Below, piece by piece: positions 63,371-64,000 of a stretch of 64,000 bases of DNA. Within the stretch, counting starts at the first letter, position 1, and each line of letters begins with the position of its first letter. Source of the stretch: Squalus acanthias (Eukaryota); assembly GCA_030390025.1 (NCBI GenBank), contig CM059448.1:19654001-19718000 (forward strand), in the 5' to 3' direction. The notes under the pieces were generated by a model that worked only from the letters and a program-made list of their open reading frames with translations, did no database searches and was not told where the DNA came from. The translations under genes were made by a program, and so were the position numbers.

Positions 63371-63820
63371 AAGAAAGACTTGCATTTATATAGCACCTTT
63401 CACGACCACCGGACGTCTCAAAGCACTTTACAGCCAATGGAGTAACTGTTGTAATGTGGGAAACGTGGCAGCCAATTTGCACTCAGCAAGCTCCCACAAA
63501 CAGCAATGTGATAATGACCAGATAATCTGTTTTTGTTATGTTGATTGAGGGATAAATATTGGCCAGGACACGGGGGATAACTCCCCTGCTCTTCTTCGAA
63601 ATAGTGCCATGGGATCTTTTACGTCCACCTGAGAGAGCAGACGGGGCCTCGGTTTAACGTCTCATCTGAAAGACGGCACCTCCGACAGTGCAGCACTCCC
63701 TCAGCACTGCACTGGAGTGTCAGCCTAGCTTTATGTGCTCAAGTCTCTGGAGTGGGACTTGAACCCACTACCTTCATGACTCAGAGGCGAGTGTGCTACC
63801 AACTGAGCCACAGCTGACGC
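63371..63820 (-). mobile_element. Full-length DeuSINE (SacSINE1-like)
   Basis: tRNA head tggctcagttgg / ggttcaagtccc, Deu-like core and tail as in 7655-8076. Confidence 0.9.
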
Positions 63821-64000
63821 TGCATCATGTATATTGGGGTAAAGCCCAATATTGCAGCTTGAGCAGGGATTTACCCTTATTTGTGGCTTACAAACATCAT
63901 GGCATGTATCTAAATGGTCCACAAAGACAAAAAGCTTGGCCACTTCTGCACTGAGCCATGAAATGGGCTCCTCAATGTATTTTTATATAATGTTAATAGC

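Noticed and set aside
63023-63396. Overlapping 95-aa and 112-aa ORFs as a host exon
   Set aside because: No recognisable homology, and the minus ORF starts inside a SINE tail

Overview
Eukaryotic, repeat-dominated window with no confidently identifiable host gene. The repeat set (Deu-domain tRNA SINEs, esterase-ORF1 CR1, Penelope-like ends) points to a cartilaginous fish (shark/ray); this is inference. The centrepiece is a complete two-gene PIF/Harbinger DNA transposon (26659-31875): a DDE transposase on + converging on a 3-exon Myb/SANT gene on -. It sits inside one CR1 LINE and is interrupted by another. Around it are about 17 Harbinger-type MITEs and deletion derivatives in several families with 3-bp TSDs. 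Several keep the Myb promoter and start codon, one subfamily carries an internal fold-back of the Myb 5' UTR (reminiscent of maize Mu killer), and another carries hairpins with compensatory changes plus repeated perfect 5' splice sites. Also present: many decayed CR1/L2 LINEs, a single-ORF LINE whose 5' UTR matches a tRNA-headed SINE, Penelope-like fragments with minimal hammerhead ribozymes, Tigger/pogo-like MITEs, a solo LTR and two minisatellites. All coordinates and alignments were done by eye; no database search was run.
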